64,000 bases of DNA from a virus, in the IMG/VR virus record IMGVR_UViG_3300024255_000004; one strand, written 5' to 3'. Shown piece after piece: positions 18,065 through 28,607 of the stretch. Below the pieces are notes generated by a model that did no database searches, had not been told where the DNA came from, and was given only the letters and a program-made list of their open reading frames with translations. The translations under genes and the position numbers were made by a program. Numbering within the stretch: the stretch's first letter is position 1; each line of letters opens with the position of its first letter.

Positions 18065-18487
18065 ATGGCATATAGTAATAAAGTAGTAGAGAGATTCGAA
18101 GACGTTTTAAATAACCCTAAGAAACATGGTGTTGGTAGATTCGACCCCAATGACCCTAATGTTGCAACAGGACTAACGGGTGCTCCAGCATGTGGAGACG
18201 TTATGAAATTGGATATAAAAATAAATCCCGATACTGATGTTATTGAAGATGTTAAGTTTAAAACATATGGTTGTGGAAGTGCAATTGCAAGTTCGTCTCT
18301 TTTCGTAGACATGTTAACGGGAAAGACTATTGAAGAAGCAAGTCAGATAAAAGACAAAGAGATTGCAGAAGCCTTAGAACTTCCCCCAATAAAATTGCAC
18401 TGCAGTGTTCTTGCAGAAGACTCTATTAGAAAAGCAATTCAAGATTGGTCAGAAAAAACCGCACATAGGAAACATAATTATGTATGA
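18065..18487 (+). CDS. iscU: Fe-S cluster scaffold IscU
   Basis: GAPACGDVM, FKTYGCGSAIASSS, LPPIKLHCSVLAED. Confidence 0.95.
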   Translation: MAYSNKVVERFEDVLNNPKKHGVGRFDPNDPNVATGLTGAPACGDVMKLDIKINPDTDVIEDVKFKTYGCGSAIASSSLFVDMLTGKTIEEASQIKDKEIAEALELPPIKLHCSVLAEDSIRKAIQDWSEKTAHRKHNYV

Positions 18488-18941
18488 GTATAAAGTTAAA
18501 GTAGTCAAAGTTGTAGATGGAGACACTATTGATGTGGATATCGATTTAGGTTTCGGTATGGTCTATAAAAAACAAAGAGTCCGAATGGTTGGAATCGATA
18601 CGCCAGAATCTAGAACTAGAGACAAAGTAGAAAAACTATTTGGTAAAGCTTCTAAAAAACACTTAAAGAAATTACTAGAAGAATGTGAAACTGTATCACT
18701 TGTATCACATGACAAAGGTAAGTTCGGAAGAATCTTAGGAACACTATATGCACATCATGTAGAAGGACACCCTGTATTCGGACACAAAGTAGATATCAAT
18801 ACTCAAATGATTAAAGATTGTCATGCAGTAGTTTATAGTGGAGAGAATAAAGACTTGGTTGAACAACAACATTTAGATAACAGAAAATTTGTTATGGACA
18901 ATGGATATGTGACCCAAGAGGATATAGATAAGGTATCATGA
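18480..18941 (+). CDS. thermonuclease (SNase-like) family protein
   Basis: VVDGDTIDV, RVRMVGIDTPES, KGKFGRILG. Confidence 0.88.
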   Translation: MYEYKVKVVKVVDGDTIDVDIDLGFGMVYKKQRVRMVGIDTPESRTRDKVEKLFGKASKKHLKKLLEECETVSLVSHDKGKFGRILGTLYAHHVEGHPVFGHKVDINTQMIKDCHAVVYSGENKDLVEQQHLDNRKFVMDNGYVTQEDIDKVS

Positions 18942-19102
18942 TTATAACAATGATGGACTGTTTCTATATCCTTATGATAGCCGTAATCTTTGGATTCATT
19001 ATACACTTAGAATCTAAAGTTAATCAACTTGTTTCTATGATGGAAGAACACATCAAAGTTGACGAAAGACTTTGTGAGATTTCACAAAAATTAGATAACT
19101 AA
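18938..19102 (+). CDS. 54-aa membrane peptide (not in ORF track)
   Basis: ATGA overlap; TM followed by a short coil. Confidence 0.55.
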   Translation: MIITMMDCFYILMIAVIFGFIIHLESKVNQLVSMMEEHIKVDERLCEISQKLDN

Positions 19103-19168
19103 TAAAAACCCCCTTTACAATTTTACCTTTCTTCTGTATAATAGAGTGATACATTATGGAGAAGTGTT

Positions 19169-20221
19169 ATGTCATTTATTAAAGATTTAGTCAAATCAAC
19201 TGGAAACGAATATGCAAATATAGTTTCAGATGGTGTGGCTGCTGGAGACGTAGATACATTCGTAGATACGGGTAGTTATGTCTTCAATTCACTTTTGAGT
19301 GGTTCACTATATGGTGGACTTCCCTCAAACAAAATCACTGCAATCGCAGGTGAATCTGCAACAGGAAAAACTTACTTTGCCTTGGGTATGGTAAAACAAT
19401 TCCTTGAAGACCACCCCGATTCTGCAGTAATATATTTCGAATCTGAATCTGCAATCAGTAAAACAATGATTGAAGATAGAGGAATCGATTCAAAAAGAAT
19501 GGTTATCGTGCCTGTGGTCACTGTTCAAGAATTCAGAAAACAGGCAATATCCATACTTGATAAGTATCTTGAAACACCCAAGGATAAGAGACCACCTATG
19601 ATGATGTGTCTTGACTCACTTGGTATGTTATCAACTACTAAAGAAATCGAGGACACTGCCGAGGGTAAAGAAACCCGAGACATGACTCGTGCTCAAGTTG
19701 TTAAAGGTGCATTCAGAGTTCTAACACTTAAGTTAGGACGTGCTGGTGTTCCAATGATAGTCACGAACCACACATATGATGTGATTGGTTCTATGTTCCC
19801 TCAAAAAGAAATGGGTGGTGGAAGTGGTCTCAAATATGCAGCCTCTTCAATCATTTATCTTTCTAAAAAGAAAGAGAAAGAAGGAACGGAAGTCGTTGGT
19901 AATATCATTCATTGTAAGAATGCAAAATCTAGATTGACTGTAGAAAATAGAATAGTTGACGTAAGACTATCTTATGACAGTGGACTGGATAGATACTATG
20001 GTCTTTTAGACCTTGCACTTGCAAGTGGAATCTTTGAGAAGAGTTCCACACGTATCAAACTACCAAATGGTAAAACAGAATTTGGTAAAACAATTAACAA
20101 CAACCCCGAGAAATACTTTACACCTGATGTAATGGAAAGACTCGAAACAGTAGTAGAAGGATACTTTAAATATGGAAACACGCATAGAACAGACGATACT
20201 GAAGAATCTGATTCGGAGTGA
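19169..20221 (+). CDS. uvsX: RecA-like recombinase UvsX
   Basis: [41 protein letters not shown]. Confidence 0.95.
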   Translation: MSFIKDLVKSTGNEYANIVSDGVAAGDVDTFVDTGSYVFNSLLSGSLYGGLPSNKITAIAGESATGKTYFALGMVKQFLEDHPDSAVIYFESESAISKTMIEDRGIDSKRMVIVPVVTVQEFRKQAISILDKYLETPKDKRPPMMMCLDSLGMLSTTKEIEDTAEGKETRDMTRAQVVKGAFRVLTLKLGRAGVPMIVTNHTYDVIGSMFPQKEMGGGSGLKYAASSIIYLSKKKEKEGTEVVGNIIHCKNAKSRLTVENRIVDVRLSYDSGLDRYYGLLDLALASGIFEKSSTRIKLPNGKTEFGKTINNNPEKYFTPDVMERLETVVEGYFKYGNTHRTDDTEESDSE

Positions 20222-21569
20222 AGAGTTTGCACGAAAGTGCGTCCCATTCATTAAGTCAGAGTATTTTGCCGATACTGAAGAAAGAACTGTATTCAATGAA
20301 ATACACGAATACTTTCAGAAGTATACTAAATCACCAACTGTAGAAGCACTTCTCATAAACCTTGAAAACAATACTTCTCTTAACGAGAATATTGCAAAGG
20401 GTTCAAAAACTATAGTTGATAAGATTGGTAAAGATAAGGAGACCACACCAAGTGAGTGGTTAGTGGAAGAAACGGAGAAATGGTGTAAGGATAGAGCAAT
20501 CTATATTGCAGTCATGGATTCGATTGAAGTCATTGACAAGAAATCACAGAGGTCTACTGGTGAAATACCCGAACTATTGAAGGACGCACTTTCCGTGTCT
20601 TTTGACACAAACATTGGACATGACGTGTTAGAAGATGCAGATGCAAGATTTGAATTCTATCATACGGAAGAAGAGAAGATTCCGTTTGACTTAGAATACT
20701 TCAACAAGATTACCAAAGGTGGATTACCTAATAAAACACTTAACATTGTTCTTGCTGGAACTGGTGTTGGTAAATCATTGTTTATGTGTCACCAAGCAGC
20801 TTCATGTCTTATGATGAACAAGAATGTTTTATACATTACTATGGAAATGTCAGAAGAAAGGATTGCAGAGAGAATCGATGCAAACACTATGAATGTTCCT
20901 ATGAAAGATTTACCCGATTTATCTAAGAAAATGTTTGATAAGAAAGTTGAGAAACTAAAAAACAAAACTAAAGGTAAACTCATAGTAAAAGAATACCCTA
21001 CTGCAACTGCACACGTTGGACACTTCAGACACCTATTACAAGAATTGGATATCAAGAAAGACTTCCAACCCGATATTATATTTGTCGATTATCTAAACAT
21101 ATGTGCTTCACATAGAGTGAGGCCAGGTGCTGGTGCAAACTCTTATACACTTGTAAAGAGTATTGCAGAAGAACTTAGAGGACTTGCAGTGGAATTTAAC
21201 GTTCCATTAGTAAGTGCAACCCAAACAACCCGAAGTGGTTATGGTTCCACTGATATTGGACTCGAAGACACTTCGGAAAGTTTTGGTCTACCTGCGACTG
21301 CAGACTTAATGTTTGCACTGATTACCAGTGACGAACTAGAAGAACTAGACCAACTCGTAGTGAAACAGTTGAAGAATCGATATAATGACCCCACAATCTT
21401 TAAAAGGTTTGTAATCGGTATTGATAGAAGTAGAATGAAACTCTATGATTGTGAACAAGAAGCACAAGAAGAACTATTTGAGAATGATTCTACCTACAAT
21501 GATGATGTTCCTGTATTTGATAGAGGAAGGAATGATGGACAGAAGAGAGATTTTAACGACTTCAAATAA
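20172..21569 (+). CDS. gp41: replicative helicase
   Basis: [47 protein letters not shown]. Confidence 0.96.
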   Translation: METRIEQTILKNLIRSEEFARKCVPFIKSEYFADTEERTVFNEIHEYFQKYTKSPTVEALLINLENNTSLNENIAKGSKTIVDKIGKDKETTPSEWLVEETEKWCKDRAIYIAVMDSIEVIDKKSQRSTGEIPELLKDALSVSFDTNIGHDVLEDADARFEFYHTEEEKIPFDLEYFNKITKGGLPNKTLNIVLAGTGVGKSLFMCHQAASCLMMNKNVLYITMEMSEERIAERIDANTMNVPMKDLPDLSKKMFDKKVEKLKNKTKGKLIVKEYPTATAHVGHFRHLLQELDIKKDFQPDIIFVDYLNICASHRVRPGAGANSYTLVKSIAEELRGLAVEFNVPLVSATQTTRSGYGSTDIGLEDTSESFGLPATADLMFALITSDELEELDQLVVKQLKNRYNDPTIFKRFVIGIDRSRMKLYDCEQEAQEELFENDSTYNDDVPVFDRGRNDGQKRDFNDFK

Positions 21570-21616
21570 AAACCCCCTTTACAGACCACCTAAATAATGT
21601 TATACTAGATGGTTCT

Positions 21617-21793
21617 ATGAAGAAAGTGATAAAAAGTTCAGAGGTTATATCAAAGATAACCGAAAAAATTGAACTCAAGAAACAATTGAGAGATGCACGT
21701 GTGTCTAAAGATTCTAAAGAAATTGATAAAATAAACAAAAAAATATCAAGAATAGAATCAAAATTGTCTTCCTCACCACTTGCAAAATCCTAA
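21617..21793 (+). CDS. basic coiled-coil peptide (58 aa, not in ORF track)
   Basis: ORF after promoter TTTACA-N17-TATACT (21578-21606). Confidence 0.5.
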   Translation: MKKVIKSSEVISKITEKIELKKQLRDARVSKDSKEIDKINKKISRIESKLSSSPLAKS

Positions 21794-21838
21794 ATAATAA
21801 CATAGATTACATACACTATAGTAAATCACGGAGAATTT

Positions 21839-22276
21839 ATGTCAAGAGAAACAGCAAGAGCCGACTTAGTATCTAAAATTGCAGGCTTAACTAATCAGAA
21901 GAATTGGTTAAAGGGTGTAAGTCAAGAATATCAAGTCACTAATCAACCTAACGGAACAGACCATACTGCACGTGGTAGTAAATCTGCATGGACAGGTGCT
22001 GGACTTGTTGGTTGGTTATCTGCATGGAAAACTGCAAACTCTTCAATAACTGCAACTGCAGATTGGAATCCAGCAGACTTTGACGGAAGTAATTGGACAC
22101 ATGACGATTGGCAACAATACTATTTCCAAGAACATGCAAAAGGTATATCAAATAAAACAGATTCAGATAAAGCTATTACAGATATAGATGCTTCTTTAAC
22201 TGCATATCAATCAGACTTAGACGATATCGACGCAGGAATAGCTGCTGGTGATATTGACCAAGTTGACCCAAGTTAG
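21839..22276 (+). CDS. hypothetical protein
   Basis: GGAG RBS; CCTAAATA late-like motif upstream. Confidence 0.7.
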   Translation: MSRETARADLVSKIAGLTNQKNWLKGVSQEYQVTNQPNGTDHTARGSKSAWTGAGLVGWLSAWKTANSSITATADWNPADFDGSNWTHDDWQQYYFQEHAKGISNKTDSDKAITDIDASLTAYQSDLDDIDAGIAAGDIDQVDPS

Positions 22277-22336
22277 TAAACAAAAAAATACCATAAATAG
22301 TAGTAATACCACCAAGAATGTGGTATAATTACTATT

Positions 22337-23539
22337 ATGGGTGCAAAAAATCTACATTTAGAACACTTAGAAGACGAGATTATCAATCAAGGGATTGATG
22401 GTGGTCGTGGTGCTATAAACTTTTTACAGGGTCTTAGAGACATGTTAAAAGGAAACTCTAATTCAAGTGTTAATATGACTGTTAAGTGGGACGGAGCTCC
22501 TGCTATTTTCTGTGGTCAACACCCCGAAACTAATCAATTCTTTGTTGCAAAGAAATCTCTATTCAATAAAGAACCTAAGTTTTACACTTCAGAACATGAA
22601 ATTAAAAATGCAGACGAACTAAGTGGTGCATTAAAAGAAAAGTTCTTAACTTCATTTCAATGTTTATCTAAACTATCTTGGAATACAATCATGCAAGGTG
22701 ATTTAATGTATACCAATGATAAGAAAATGCAAAAGATTGACGGAAAATCATTCGTCACATTCCAACCAAATACAATCATGTATGCAGTAGATATTAATTC
22801 AGATTTAGGTAAAGAGATTGCAAACTCTAAAATGGGTATTGTGTTTCATACCACATACACTGGTTCTACAATAGAAGACTTGGGTGCAAGTTTTGGTGCA
22901 AACATATCTAAACTAGGAAACAGTAAAGATGTTTGGATTGACGATGCAACATATAAAGATGTCAGTGGTAAAGGTTCAATGACTGCAAAAGAAACACTTA
23001 CACTTACACAAGAACTATCCAAAACAGGTAAAGCCTTCCACGGAATCAAAAAGAAAGATTTAGATAAGTTCCAAAAAATACAGGAAGAGATTGGAAAGAA
23101 AGGTGCTGGTGCATCTTACAAAACATATTGTAATACACTTATCAGAGGTGGTAGTTTCAATCCAACATACAAAGGATATATGGAACACTTCGAAAGCTAC
23201 TGGAGAGATAAGGTGGTTGCAAAGGTCAAAATGGAAAAGACCAAACAAATCAAACAAGAGATTGGTGAACAACTTTATAACGAACTCAGAAGTTTAAAGA
23301 ACATGATAACTAATCTAACTTCCTTTATGGGACACCTAGTAGTTGCAAAACAACTTATCATAAATGCACTAAATAGAGTAAAGAGTATAGGAACTTTCAA
23401 AAAGACTGCAAATGGTTTTGAGGTAGTAAACCCCGAAGGATACGTTGCAATCGATAAAACAGGAAGTGCAGTTAAACTTGTAGACAGAATGGAGTTTGCA
23501 TTCAATAACTTCACTGCACAAAAATCATGGGACAAGTAA
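22337..23539 (+). CDS. DUF6267-like protein with ligase-like motifs
   Basis: HLEHLED, TVKWDGAPA, QGDLMY, FQPNTIMY, PEGYV, VKLVDRMEF. Confidence 0.7.
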   Translation: MGAKNLHLEHLEDEIINQGIDGGRGAINFLQGLRDMLKGNSNSSVNMTVKWDGAPAIFCGQHPETNQFFVAKKSLFNKEPKFYTSEHEIKNADELSGALKEKFLTSFQCLSKLSWNTIMQGDLMYTNDKKMQKIDGKSFVTFQPNTIMYAVDINSDLGKEIANSKMGIVFHTTYTGSTIEDLGASFGANISKLGNSKDVWIDDATYKDVSGKGSMTAKETLTLTQELSKTGKAFHGIKKKDLDKFQKIQEEIGKKGAGASYKTYCNTLIRGGSFNPTYKGYMEHFESYWRDKVVAKVKMEKTKQIKQEIGEQLYNELRSLKNMITNLTSFMGHLVVAKQLIINALNRVKSIGTFKKTANGFEVVNPEGYVAIDKTGSAVKLVDRMEFAFNNFTAQKSWDK

Positions 23540-24948
23540 TGAAATCATTCAATGCATTTCTAACAGAAGCTAAAGATAAGGGTGTAGTGTTTACTTTTGG
23601 TAGATTCAATCCACCTACAACAGGTCATGGAAAGTTAGTAGACAAACTTAAAAAACAATCGGGTGGTGATGACGTTCTGTTATTCACTTCACATTCAAAT
23701 GACAAGGTTAAAAATCCACTATCACACCGAGACAAGATATCGTATCTAAGAAAATTCTTTGGGAAGATTGTTGCAGACGTAAATGCAAGAACAGTATTTG
23801 AGATTGCAACAGAATTACATAAGAAGAAATATAAAAGAGTCTCAATGGTTGTTGGGTCAGACAGAGTAAAAGAGTTTGAAACACTACTAAACAAATACAA
23901 TGGTGTTAAAGCACGTCATGGATTCTATAAGTTCGAAGAGATTAATATTGTATCTGCTGGAGAGAGAGACCCTGATGCAGATGATGTCAGTGGAATGTCT
24001 GCAAGTAAACTCAGAGGATATGCAGAACAAGGAGACTTTGACAATTTCAAATTAGGTGTTCCAACAAAGAATAAAGGATTAGTTCAGAAACTTTATAACG
24101 ATATCCGTAAAGGAATGGGTATTGCAGAAGGAACACTACCACACTACATGGTAGAAGATTTGATACAAGAAGGAGTCTATGACCCAGGCACTTTCAAAGC
24201 AGTTTTCCTAAGTGGTGGGCCAGGCAGTGGTAAATCTGCAGTTGTAAAGAAATTAGGTTTGACTGCACTTGGTTTAAAAATGGTCAACACTGATAAAGCA
24301 TTTGAGAACGGACTAAAGAAAGCAGGAATGTCACTTGACCTTAGAGGTGCAGACTTTGATAAAGTAGACCCTATCCGTGCAAAAGCAAAAAGTATTACAG
24401 GTAAAAACTTAGATGCATATATCGATGGAAGACTAGGTCTTATCTTTGACACTACAAGTGCAAAGTCGGGTAAGATTAAGAACTACAAAAAAATGTTAGA
24501 CACATTAGGATATGAATACAAAATGATATTTGTTAATGCAAGTCTAGACAATGCACAAAAAAGAAATGACTTAAGGTCTAGAAAACTACCACCCAAAATT
24601 GTAAAAGGTGACTGGGACGCTGCACAAAAGAATGCAACGGAATATAAATCAATTTTTGGTAGAGACTTTGTAGAGATTAAGAATGATGATGACATTGCAA
24701 GTCTTGATAAAAAGGCAAATTCACTATACAGTAAACTACTAGGTTGGTCTACTTCATTCCCTAAAAACAAAATTGCAATGAAATGGAAATCTTACGAACT
24801 GATGAAGAAGACTCTTGGGTATTCATCTATGAGAAGTAAAGATGCGGTGAAAAAACCACCAACAGATAAACCAAGTCCGTTTGGGTCAAATTTAAAAACA
24901 TTCAAAAGTAGAAGGACTGGTAAGAAGACAGTAATCGGAAAGATATAA
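23539..24948 (+). CDS. cytidylyltransferase-like (HIGH) domain fused to a P-loop kinase
   Basis: FTFGRFNPPTTGHGKL, VVGSDR, SAGERDPD, MSASKLR; second domain FLSGGPGSGKS, IFDTT. Confidence 0.85.
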   Translation: MKSFNAFLTEAKDKGVVFTFGRFNPPTTGHGKLVDKLKKQSGGDDVLLFTSHSNDKVKNPLSHRDKISYLRKFFGKIVADVNARTVFEIATELHKKKYKRVSMVVGSDRVKEFETLLNKYNGVKARHGFYKFEEINIVSAGERDPDADDVSGMSASKLRGYAEQGDFDNFKLGVPTKNKGLVQKLYNDIRKGMGIAEGTLPHYMVEDLIQEGVYDPGTFKAVFLSGGPGSGKSAVVKKLGLTALGLKMVNTDKAFENGLKKAGMSLDLRGADFDKVDPIRAKAKSITGKNLDAYIDGRLGLIFDTTSAKSGKIKNYKKMLDTLGYEYKMIFVNASLDNAQKRNDLRSRKLPPKIVKGDWDAAQKNATEYKSIFGRDFVEIKNDDDIASLDKKANSLYSKLLGWSTSFPKNKIAMKWKSYELMKKTLGYSSMRSKDAVKKPPTDKPSPFGSNLKTFKSRRTGKKTVIGKI

Positions 24949-24956
24949 ATAGTATT

Positions 24957-26432
24957 ATGTTAGAAGAACTTAGAGAAAAATTACGTAAGACCCAACAAGA
25001 CAAAGAAGTTGAAGGCAAGAAAGGTTCTCAACCTAAGAAGTATTATGCTAAAGACGCAGACGGAGACGAAATGTCTCAGTCTACAAAAGATAAACGTGCA
25101 GACCACTTTAAGAATAATAAAGATAAAGAAGGTGAAGATGCATTTAAACCAGCACCTGGCGATTCAAAAGCAGATACTAAACCTTCACAACATACTAAGA
25201 AGTATAAGAAAATGTTTGGAGAAGGTGCAGCTGATAAATCTCTACAAAAGAAAGCAGACAAGAGTGGAATGCCAGTTGGTATTCTAAAACAAGTCTACAA
25301 ACGTGGAGTTGCAGCTTGGAAAGGTGGACATAGGCCAGGAACTACACCCGAACAATGGGGACATGCACGTGTTAATTCTTTTGTGACTAAATCCAGTGGA
25401 ACATGGGGTGGTGCAGACCAAGACCTTGCAAAGAAAGTTTCGGGTAAATCAGAGTCAATAGAAGAAGGAATTGATATCAGAAAACAACTCAAAAAGATTA
25501 AAGGATTAACTAAGAAACAATTAGAAACATTATCAACAATGAACACTTCACAACTAACAGTTTTAGTTCAACAGTTAAGTGGTTTGGTTATGGGTGAACA
25601 AGACGAGTTAGAAGAAAGATATGCAGATAGACTAAGAGACAAAAATAAGTCTCAACAAAAGGCACATCAAAAAAGAATGATGAAGTCTGCAAAAAAATCT
25701 ATCAAAGACTATGATGCAAAGAATAAGAACAAGAACGAAGAGTCTGAAGTAGAAGAAGGTAAACTTGTCACTGATTACAGAAGTGTCTTAGATTTCATAT
25801 TTAAAAATATCAAAAAGATGATTGAAAAGGAATATGAAAAGAACTCTGAAAAAGGTTTAGGAATGATTAATCAGTTAGGTTCTTATGTTGGAATGAAAGT
25901 CACTGATAAGAAACAGGAGAAAAATAGACTCTTCCTTAAGTTTGGTGACAACATACAAGAAGACGCTACAGTTGACGCTGCAAATCTAAAAGCAAAACAA
26001 ACTGAAGAACTAGAAAGATTAAAGGCAAAACAATTACAAGAGTTAGAAGCACTACAAGATAGACACGAAAGAGAAACAGACAAAGTCAATCAACAGAAAG
26101 AAAAAGAAGCTGCAAATAAACAAATTCAAGCAAAACGTGATGCAGATAGAAAAGCTGCAGAGAAACAAAACGAAGAAAGAGATTACAAAAAAGAGTATGA
26201 GAACTACCACTCAGACCCCGAACAAATTAAAAGACGTGCAAAAAGAAATGAAGCACGAAGAAGTCTAAAGGACAGAAAAGGTATAAAAGGAAAGGACGTT
26301 CACCATAAGGACAACAATCCTATGAATAATGACAAGTCTAACTTATCAATTGTATCACAAAAATACAATAGAACAGAACCAAGACTTAGAAAATTGAAAG
26401 AGAAGGGGATACTTCCAAGTGGCAGGAAATAA
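24957..26432 (+). CDS. multidomain probable head protein (DUF5824-like module plus C-terminal HNH-like motif)
   Basis: QVYKRGVAAW..GHRPG.TPEQWGHARVNSF; KDVHHKDNNPMNN..SNL...YNR; TATAAATA at 24944. Confidence 0.65.
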   Translation: MLEELREKLRKTQQDKEVEGKKGSQPKKYYAKDADGDEMSQSTKDKRADHFKNNKDKEGEDAFKPAPGDSKADTKPSQHTKKYKKMFGEGAADKSLQKKADKSGMPVGILKQVYKRGVAAWKGGHRPGTTPEQWGHARVNSFVTKSSGTWGGADQDLAKKVSGKSESIEEGIDIRKQLKKIKGLTKKQLETLSTMNTSQLTVLVQQLSGLVMGEQDELEERYADRLRDKNKSQQKAHQKRMMKSAKKSIKDYDAKNKNKNEESEVEEGKLVTDYRSVLDFIFKNIKKMIEKEYEKNSEKGLGMINQLGSYVGMKVTDKKQEKNRLFLKFGDNIQEDATVDAANLKAKQTEELERLKAKQLQELEALQDRHERETDKVNQQKEKEAANKQIQAKRDADRKAAEKQNEERDYKKEYENYHSDPEQIKRRAKRNEARRSLKDRKGIKGKDVHHKDNNPMNNDKSNLSIVSQKYNRTEPRLRKLKEKGILPSGRK

Positions 26433-27096
26433 ACACGACAACGGAGTTCACGAACAGGGAACAGACGAAACAGTAAAAGCATATCAAGAAGATACGCCTG
26501 GTCAATCAGTTGAGAAATACGTAAAAGAGAATCAAAAATCATATCACGATTCAAAGAAAACATTTTCTCAAATTGCAATCAACGAAACACTCGATACACT
26601 TCAAAAAGAAAAAACCAATCTACTAGACAATCCATTTCGTTTAGGTTCTATGATGTATTTTGAATGTATTAATGAAGCAAGAAACCTTATCAAAGAAGAC
26701 CGATACAGACTTACTGAAGTTGATAAGAATATAATGGAAACAGATATTGGTGAGTTCGAAGTGTATGAGGGAGAATTAGTTCCACTAGATTGTCCACAAT
26801 ATGAGTTTATAAACGAAGAAGAAGAACCCGAACTCAACAAACCAAAAGCAGGTGGCCCTAAGAAATACTATGTATATGTTAGAGACCCACAAACTAAAAA
26901 GATTAAAAAAGTCACATGGGGAGACACTACAGGTCTCAAAGTGAAACTCGGAAACGAGAAAGCAAGAAAATCCTTCGCTGCACGACATAAGTGTTCACAA
27001 CAGAAAGATAAAACTACTGCATCATATTGGGCATGTAGATTACCTTACTATGCAAAACAGTTAGGTCTATCAGACGGGGGAAATTTTTATTGGTAA
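26419..27096 (+). CDS. phage protein with KKYYVYV..KVTWGD..RKSFAARHKC..YWAC domain
   Basis: Recognisable basic module seen in large phages. Confidence 0.65.
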   Translation: MAGNKHDNGVHEQGTDETVKAYQEDTPGQSVEKYVKENQKSYHDSKKTFSQIAINETLDTLQKEKTNLLDNPFRLGSMMYFECINEARNLIKEDRYRLTEVDKNIMETDIGEFEVYEGELVPLDCPQYEFINEEEEPELNKPKAGGPKKYYVYVRDPQTKKIKKVTWGDTTGLKVKLGNEKARKSFAARHKCSQQKDKTTASYWACRLPYYAKQLGLSDGGNFYW

Positions 27097-27108
27097 TGGA
27101 GATACATA

Positions 27109-27366
27109 ATGAAAAAAGAATTATATCATACTTATGCAAAAGACGACAGATATGCTGAAGTCTTTAAGTCAAAAGAAGGTTTTGAAGTAGACCTATACGA
27201 AGAGAAAAAACTCTTAGAAACAAGACAACTATACAATCATTCAGAATCATATGCAGAGGATTGTGCCGATAATTGGGTTCAAGGTTTGTTTAATATAGAG
27301 AAAGAAGGAAGTTTCTACGGCTATAACGAAAGAGATGATAATTACTATCCCGAGATAGATGACTAA
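27109..27366 (+). CDS. hypothetical protein
   Basis: GGAG RBS; HSESYAEDCADNWV. Confidence 0.7.
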   Translation: MKKELYHTYAKDDRYAEVFKSKEGFEVDLYEEKKLLETRQLYNHSESYAEDCADNWVQGLFNIEKEGSFYGYNERDDNYYPEIDD

Positions 27367-27652
27367 CCCTTATAAAGACCAAGTATATACCCAACACGGG
27401 ACTGAACTGAAATACGTCATTAGAACGTTTTCTGCAGAAGTAGACGAAAACGAACTGGTTTGGCATAGAGATAAAGAGTCTAGAACTATCCATGTATTGA
27501 GTGGAAATGGGTGGGAATTACAAAAAGAAGACAAATTACCCGAAGAATTAGAGATAGGAAAAGACTATTTTATCATAAAGAATAATTACCATAGAGTAAT
27601 AAAAGGTGAAGGAGATTTGGTTCTCCGTATAGACAGTAAAAATAACATATAA
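27359..27652 (+). CDS. cupin-like small protein
   Basis: ELVWHRD...GWELQ...YHRVIKG. Confidence 0.65.
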   Translation: MTNPYKDQVYTQHGTELKYVIRTFSAEVDENELVWHRDKESRTIHVLSGNGWELQKEDKLPEELEIGKDYFIIKNNYHRVIKGEGDLVLRIDSKNNI

Positions 27653-27745
27653 AACTGCACTAAATATTACTGCAAAATCAACTAATAGAGAGATTGTTCT
27701 TAATATCATGCACATGACCTCTCAAAAATTATAAATAATACTGTT

Positions 27746-28348
27746 ATGAGTTATAAATCAGAAAACTGGAAAGAAAAACTAGAACAAGTCCGTAGTCACA
27801 TCGCTTTGAAAGAAGGGAGTGTGGAAAAAACTGCAGACGAAATAATTAGTGAAGATATCGAAAACGACCTTCTAACTGGATTCGAAGAAGACGTTAAAGT
27901 AGTCGAAGATGAAATCACTGAAGAATTAGTTCTTGAAGCCTCAATGGGTGATATGATTAAGAAGGTATTCAATACAGATAGTGAAACAGAAGCTATGGGT
28001 ATTGCAAAACTTCTTAACATGACAGACGTTAAGGTTGCACTTGCAATGCAGAAACAAAATCCTAATGGATTTAAGAAGACTACATTCGGTATGGGTGCAG
28101 ACAATAAACAAAGAGACATGATTAAGGATAAAGACCTTATGAAAATGTTTAAGAAAGCAGGTGTCAAACCTCTTAAAGATTCAGTCGAAGTTGAAGAAGA
28201 AAAATCAGTAAAAGAATCAGTAGAGAAATCTGCAGAAAAACTCGTAGAAAAAAATATGCTTGGTAGACTTGCAAAACAATTACATTTAACAACAGAAGGT
28301 AAACAGAAAATGTTTGACTACTTCGAAAAAGGGGAATTAGAACAATGA
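27746..28348 (+). CDS. hypothetical, probable head-internal protein
   Basis: TATAAATA at 27730; E/K-rich. Confidence 0.65.
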   Translation: MSYKSENWKEKLEQVRSHIALKEGSVEKTADEIISEDIENDLLTGFEEDVKVVEDEITEELVLEASMGDMIKKVFNTDSETEAMGIAKLLNMTDVKVALAMQKQNPNGFKKTTFGMGADNKQRDMIKDKDLMKMFKKAGVKPLKDSVEVEEEKSVKESVEKSAEKLVEKNMLGRLAKQLHLTTEGKQKMFDYFEKGELEQ

Positions 28349-28599
28349 AACTAACATCAATGGGTCTATCACCCGAATTACTAGAAGCGTCTAGAATAGT
28401 TTTACAGAACTCAAAAGAATACGAAGAGTTCTTCCAATCTGCACTTAAAAAATTTGGTGTAGATTCCCCTGCTGATTTTAAATCAGATGAAGAGAAAAAG
28501 AAATTCTTTGATTACATAGATAAAAACTATAAAGGTAAAAACGAAGAAGAAGTTGCAGAAGGTGAATGTGCCTCTGATAAAAAGAAAAAACAATATTAG
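28345..28599 (+). CDS. hypothetical protein
   Basis: YEEFFQSALKKFGV..P....EEKKKFFDYID. Confidence 0.7.
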   Translation: MKLTSMGLSPELLEASRIVLQNSKEYEEFFQSALKKFGVDSPADFKSDEEKKKFFDYIDKNYKGKNEEEVAEGECASDKKKKQY

Positions 28600-28607
28600 G
28601 AACTGGT

